DNA from: an uncultured delta proteobacterium
Lineage (GTDB): Bacteria; Myxococcota_A; Polyangia; Polyangiales; JAFGIB01
Assembly: GCA_963778655.1 (NCBI GenBank)
Contig: CAVZVA010000010.1
Coordinates: 896,001 to 960,000, forward strand
Direction of reading: 5' to 3'
DNA length: 64,000 bases
The position numbers and the translations under genes were made by a program. The notes under the pieces were generated by a model. That model did no database searches. It was not told the origin of the DNA and worked only from the letters and a program-made list of their open reading frames with translations. This document shows, in pieces, positions 61,301-64,000 of the stretch (position 1 is its first letter; the number at the start of each line of letters is the position of its first letter).

Positions 61301-61722
61301 ACGCCTCGCGCATGTTCGTGGTCGCGGGCAGCGTGAGCGTGCCGATGTTCACGATCGTGCTGCGAAAGGGCTACGGCCTGGGCGCGCAGGGCATGGCCGG
61401 GGGCAGCTTCAAGGTGCCGGCGTTCGTGGTGAGCTGGCCGACAGGAGAGTTCGGCGGCATGGGGCTCGAGGGCGCGGTCAAGCTGGGCTTTCGCAAGGAG
61501 CTGGCGGCGATCGCCGACCCGGAGCAGCGCAAGGACACCTTCGACAAGATGGTCGCGGCCGCTTACCAGCACGGCAAGGCCGCCAACATGGCCTCGCACT
61601 TCGAGATCGACGCGGTGATCGACCCGCTGGAGTCGCGCGCCTGGATCCTGAGCGCGCTGCGCTCGGCACCGCCGCCGCCAGCGCGCAGCGGCAAGAAGCG
61701 CCCCTGCGTCGACACCTGGTGA
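58351..61722 (+). CDS. Single-chain biotin-dependent acyl-CoA carboxylase (BC-BCCP-CT)
   Basis: LIANRGE, HPGYGFLSE, RECSVQRRHQK, EAMKME and a carboxyltransferase domain. Confidence 0.95.
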   Translation: MALHKLLIANRGEVAIRIARAAAEAGLATVAVYSEDDARCLHAMRADEARALRGRGAAAYLDSEQLLAVARESGCDAVHPGYGFLSESAAFSRACAQAGLTFVGPSAELLALLGDKTQARALAQRCGVPVLPGTAGPTSLAQARAFFAQLAGAPMVIKAVAGGGGRGMRVVQEGGEIEAAFARCESEAKAAFGDGALYVERLLPRARHIEVQICGDLHGQVAHLWERECSVQRRHQKLIEIAPSPWLPPGLRERMLQAALRMASEVRYHSLGTFELLVDAEARGEQASFVFIECNPRLQVEHTVTEQVTGVDLVRVQLALAAGRSLQELGLGAPPPLRGFALQARVNMESMREDGSARPAGGTLQAFELPSGPGVRCDSFGYAGYATSPSFDSLLAKVIAYGSDFAAVVRRAERALRELRTPGVATNAAFLRALLLRPELRAGGVYTRFIDEHARELVAAAAALGAPSAPGGAGDAAAAPGLAGAKVDSRDPLAVLQHGKSGPAPAVAPQAAAPEGSDAVCAPMQGTIVSVEVAEGQTVRKGQALLVMEAMKMEHVIAAAQSGIVKALAVAKGDAVYEGHALLFVEPAAVEGELRQAHAQLDLDAIRPDLAEVLARHAYGSDDKRPDAVQKRHDKGQRTARENVADLCDPGSFVEYGALVIAAQRRRRPLQELIERTPADGLVGGIGRINGALFGEQGTQCAVMSYDYTVLAGTQGHMNHRKKDRLFELAERMRLPTVLFTEGGGGRPGDSDGTGVAGLDCLAFAYFAQLSGLVPLVGIASGRCFAGNALLLGCCDVVIATEGCNIGMGGPAMIEGGGLGVFRPEEVGPLPVQVGNGVVDIAVRDEAEAVGVAKQYLSYFQGTLSEWRCPDQRKLRALIPENRLRVYDVRSVIETLADEGSVLELRPQFGLGMVTSLVRVEGRPLGVVANNPVHLAGAIDREGADKAARFMQLCDAFDLPILFLCDTPGIMVGPESEKTALVRHASRMFVVAGSVSVPMFTIVLRKGYGLGAQGMAGGSFKVPAFVVSWPTGEFGGMGLEGAVKLGFRKELAAIADPEQRKDTFDKMVAAAYQHGKAANMASHFEIDAVIDPLESRAWILSALRSAPPPPARSGKKRPCVDTW

Positions 61723-61747
61723 GCCTCTGCTCCTGGAGACCTGGAAA

Positions 61748-62512
61748 ATGGATAAATTGCTTTCGCTTGAGGGGCGTGTGGCCGTGGTCACCGGCGGCGC
61801 CTCCGGCATCGGTCGCGCCACGGCGTTGCAGCTCGCGGCGCAGGGCGCGTGCGTCGTGGTGGCCGATATCGACGAAGAGCGCGGCCGGCAGACACTGCAG
61901 GCGATCGAGCAACGCGAGGGCCAGGCGAGCTTTCTGCGCACCGACGTGGCCGTGCCCGAGCAGCTCGACGCGCTGGTCGCGCACGCGGTGGAGCGCTTGG
62001 GCCGGATCGACGTGATGTTCAACAACGCTGGCATCGCCGAAGGCGCGCCGCTGCTCGAATGGACGCCCGAGCAGTACCAGCGCGTGGTGGCGGTCAACCA
62101 GCACGGCGTCTTCTACGGCATGCAGGCGGCGGCGCGCGCGATGCGCGAGGCCGGGCGCGGCGGCGTGATCATCAACACCGGCTCGGTGTACGGCGAGCTC
62201 GCGTCCCTTTACTGCATCGGCTACCAGGCGTCCAAGGCCGCCGTCGAGGTGATGACCAAGGTGGCGGCGCTCGAGCTCGCCCCCTACGGCATCCGCGTGG
62301 TCAACGTGGCGCCCGGGGTGGTCGACACGAAGATGGTCGACGCGTACCGCAGAGCCGGCATTCTCGAGACGATGGCACGCAAGCACATGCGGGGCGCGCT
62401 GGTGCAGCCCGATGCGGTCGCGCGCGTGGTGGCCTTCTTGGCCAGCGACGCGGCGGCGGCCGTGAACGGCACCACCGTGTTCGCCGACGACGGCTACTCG
62501 GCCTTCAAGTGA
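61748..62512 (+). CDS. SDR family oxidoreductase
   Basis: TGGASGIG, NNAG and YQASK motifs. Confidence 0.93.
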   Translation: MDKLLSLEGRVAVVTGGASGIGRATALQLAAQGACVVVADIDEERGRQTLQAIEQREGQASFLRTDVAVPEQLDALVAHAVERLGRIDVMFNNAGIAEGAPLLEWTPEQYQRVVAVNQHGVFYGMQAAARAMREAGRGGVIINTGSVYGELASLYCIGYQASKAAVEVMTKVAALELAPYGIRVVNVAPGVVDTKMVDAYRRAGILETMARKHMRGALVQPDAVARVVAFLASDAAAAVNGTTVFADDGYSAFK

Positions 62513-62618
62513 GCCGCCTCGCGTCCCGGCGCGCAGGCGCAAGACGGCACCCGCGCTCGAGAGCCCGTGGGCTCTCACAAGGGCTGCGGCCGTCGCCCGC
62601 CCTGCGCGCCGGCTGACT

Positions 62619-63377
62619 TCACGCGATGCTGTAGCCGCCGTCGACGCACAGCGACTGCCCCGTCACGAAGTCGCTCGCGCCAGAAGCCAAGAAGACCGCG
62701 GCGCCTGCCAGCTCCTCCGGCTCGCCGAAGCGCCCCGCGGGCGTGCGCTGCTTGATCTGTGCTGCAAACGCGGGGCTCGCCTCCACCGCGGCGGTCATGT
62801 CGGTGCGGATCCAGCCCGGGATGATGCAGTTGACCTGGATGCGATCGCCCGCCCACGCGGTCGCGAGCGACTTGGTCAGCTGCACCACGCCGCCCTTGCT
62901 GGCGGCGTACGGCAGCACGAAGGGCGAGCCGAACAGGCTGTACTCCGAGCCGAGGTTGATGATCTTGCCGCCGCCGCGGGCGCACAGCAGCGGGTGCGCG
63001 AGCTTGCACGCCACGAACACCGCGCGCAGGTTGGTGTCGAGCACGCGGTCCCACTCCTGCTCGGCGATCTGCTGCGGCAGCCCGCCGCCCGCGACGCCCG
63101 CGTTGTTGACCAGGATGTCGAGCCCCCCGAGCTCGCCGCTCGCCGCTGCGAACGCCGCCTGCAGCTGCTCGGTGTGCTGCACGTCGCACGCCACGCCCAG
63201 CGCACGGCGCCCGAGCGTGCGCAGCTCGTCGAGCACGCCCGCGGTCTTGTCCTGGTTGCGCGCTGCGACCACCACGTCGGCGCCCGCCTGCGCCAGCCCC
63301 AGTGCGATAGCGCGCCCGATGCCCCCGTTGCCGCCCGTCACCAGCGCGACCTTACCCGTGAGCGAGAATGCCGGCAT
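62619..63377 (-). CDS. SDR family oxidoreductase (KduD/gluconate dehydrogenase-like)
   Basis: TGGNGGIG, NNAG and YAASK motifs. Confidence 0.93.
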   Translation of the reverse strand: MPAFSLTGKVALVTGGNGGIGRAIALGLAQAGADVVVAARNQDKTAGVLDELRTLGRRALGVACDVQHTEQLQAAFAAASGELGGLDILVNNAGVAGGGLPQQIAEQEWDRVLDTNLRAVFVACKLAHPLLCARGGGKIINLGSEYSLFGSPFVLPYAASKGGVVQLTKSLATAWAGDRIQVNCIIPGWIRTDMTAAVEASPAFAAQIKQRTPAGRFGEPEELAGAAVFLASGASDFVTGQSLCVDGGYSIA

Positions 63378-63784
63378 GGCTCTTGAGATGGGTTTCGAGG
63401 CCCGGTTCGTGCGCCGTGCGCGCGCGGAGATTGTAGACACCAGCCTACCGCCGCGGCAACCGCGGCGTGTCCGCGGGGCTACTCCCGCGCGATCGGCGCG
63501 GGCAGGACGCCGCCGGGGCGGCCATGGTGGGGCACCACGTCGCTGGCTTCGTGCTGGGACGGATCGACGAAGCCCCGCTGGCTGGGCGAATGATACAGGC
63601 ACCCGACCCCTGCGGGCGGCCGCGATCGCACGACGGCGTCCGCATCCGAGAGCGCATGCTGCCAGTCGGTCTCGAGCTTTCTCCGGAAGGGACTCGACGG
63701 ATTGCCCGCGACGCGTTGCAAAGCCGGTTTGACACGCGCCGGCTTTGTGCTGATGCTGCCGCCCCGAGGAACCTGGACTTGGCC

Positions 63785-64000
63785 GTGAAGCACGCCGCCG
63801 TCCGCGACCCCGCCGCGCTCGCGGTCCGACTGAGCCGCGGCGCGCGCAGCCCGTACGCGCGCGTGGCGTTCGTGGCCGAGGTGCCCTTCGGCACGCTCAA
63901 GTTGCGGCGCTATCTTCTGGGCAACGGGCTCAGCGTGCTGGTGCTGGCCGATCCCTCGACGCCGCTGCTCAGCTACCACACCTGGTTTCGCGTGGGTTCG
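63785..64000 (+). CDS. M16 (pitrilysin) family peptidase, N-terminus, runs off window
   Basis: LGNGLSVLVLADPSTPLLSYHTWFRVGS. Confidence 0.75.
   Translation, partial: MKHAAVRDPAALAVRLSRGARSPYARVAFVAEVPFGTLKLRRYLLGNGLSVLVLADPSTPLLSYHTWFRVGS

Noticed and set aside
58303..62097. 1264-aa minus-strand ORF
   Set aside because: Antisense shadow of the carboxylase, typical of high-GC DNA.
1..64000. tRNA or rRNA genes
   Set aside because: I noticed no cloverleaf or rRNA-like conserved segments by eye. tRNAscan-SE and Infernal would be decisive.

Overview
This is a very GC-rich bacterial window. The many Cys/Gly-rich lipoproteins and myxobacterial-type transposase remnants suggest Myxococcota (Polyangiales-like); this is inference. 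1-28.9 kb and 47.1-64 kb are mostly ordinary chromosomal genes: a dead-site PtsP-like GAF protein, GntR, epoxide hydrolase, fabI, vapBC-like TA, 5'-3' exonuclease, UbiA+GNAT pair, GH54, speD-speA, yebC-ruvC-(ZnF)-ruvA-ruvB, GT2, gltX, an RTX/TSP3 lipoprotein, a single-chain acyl-CoA carboxylase and SDRs. About 29-47 kb is an accessory island ending at the 3' end of ruvB. In it, repeated 3' portions of two families of REP-associated (RAYT-like, Y1/HUH) transposase elements, with stuttered terminal motifs, alternate with cargo blocks. The cargo is a five-gene operon of four paralogous 4-Cys secreted proteins plus an accessory protein, a DUF4185 (GH183-like) glycanase, a TlpA thioredoxin, an AAA-wHTH ATPase and a darTG module whose toxin has a 1-nt frameshift. 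I saw no tRNA, rRNA or CRISPR array. All family assignments come from motif recognition by eye, with no database search.
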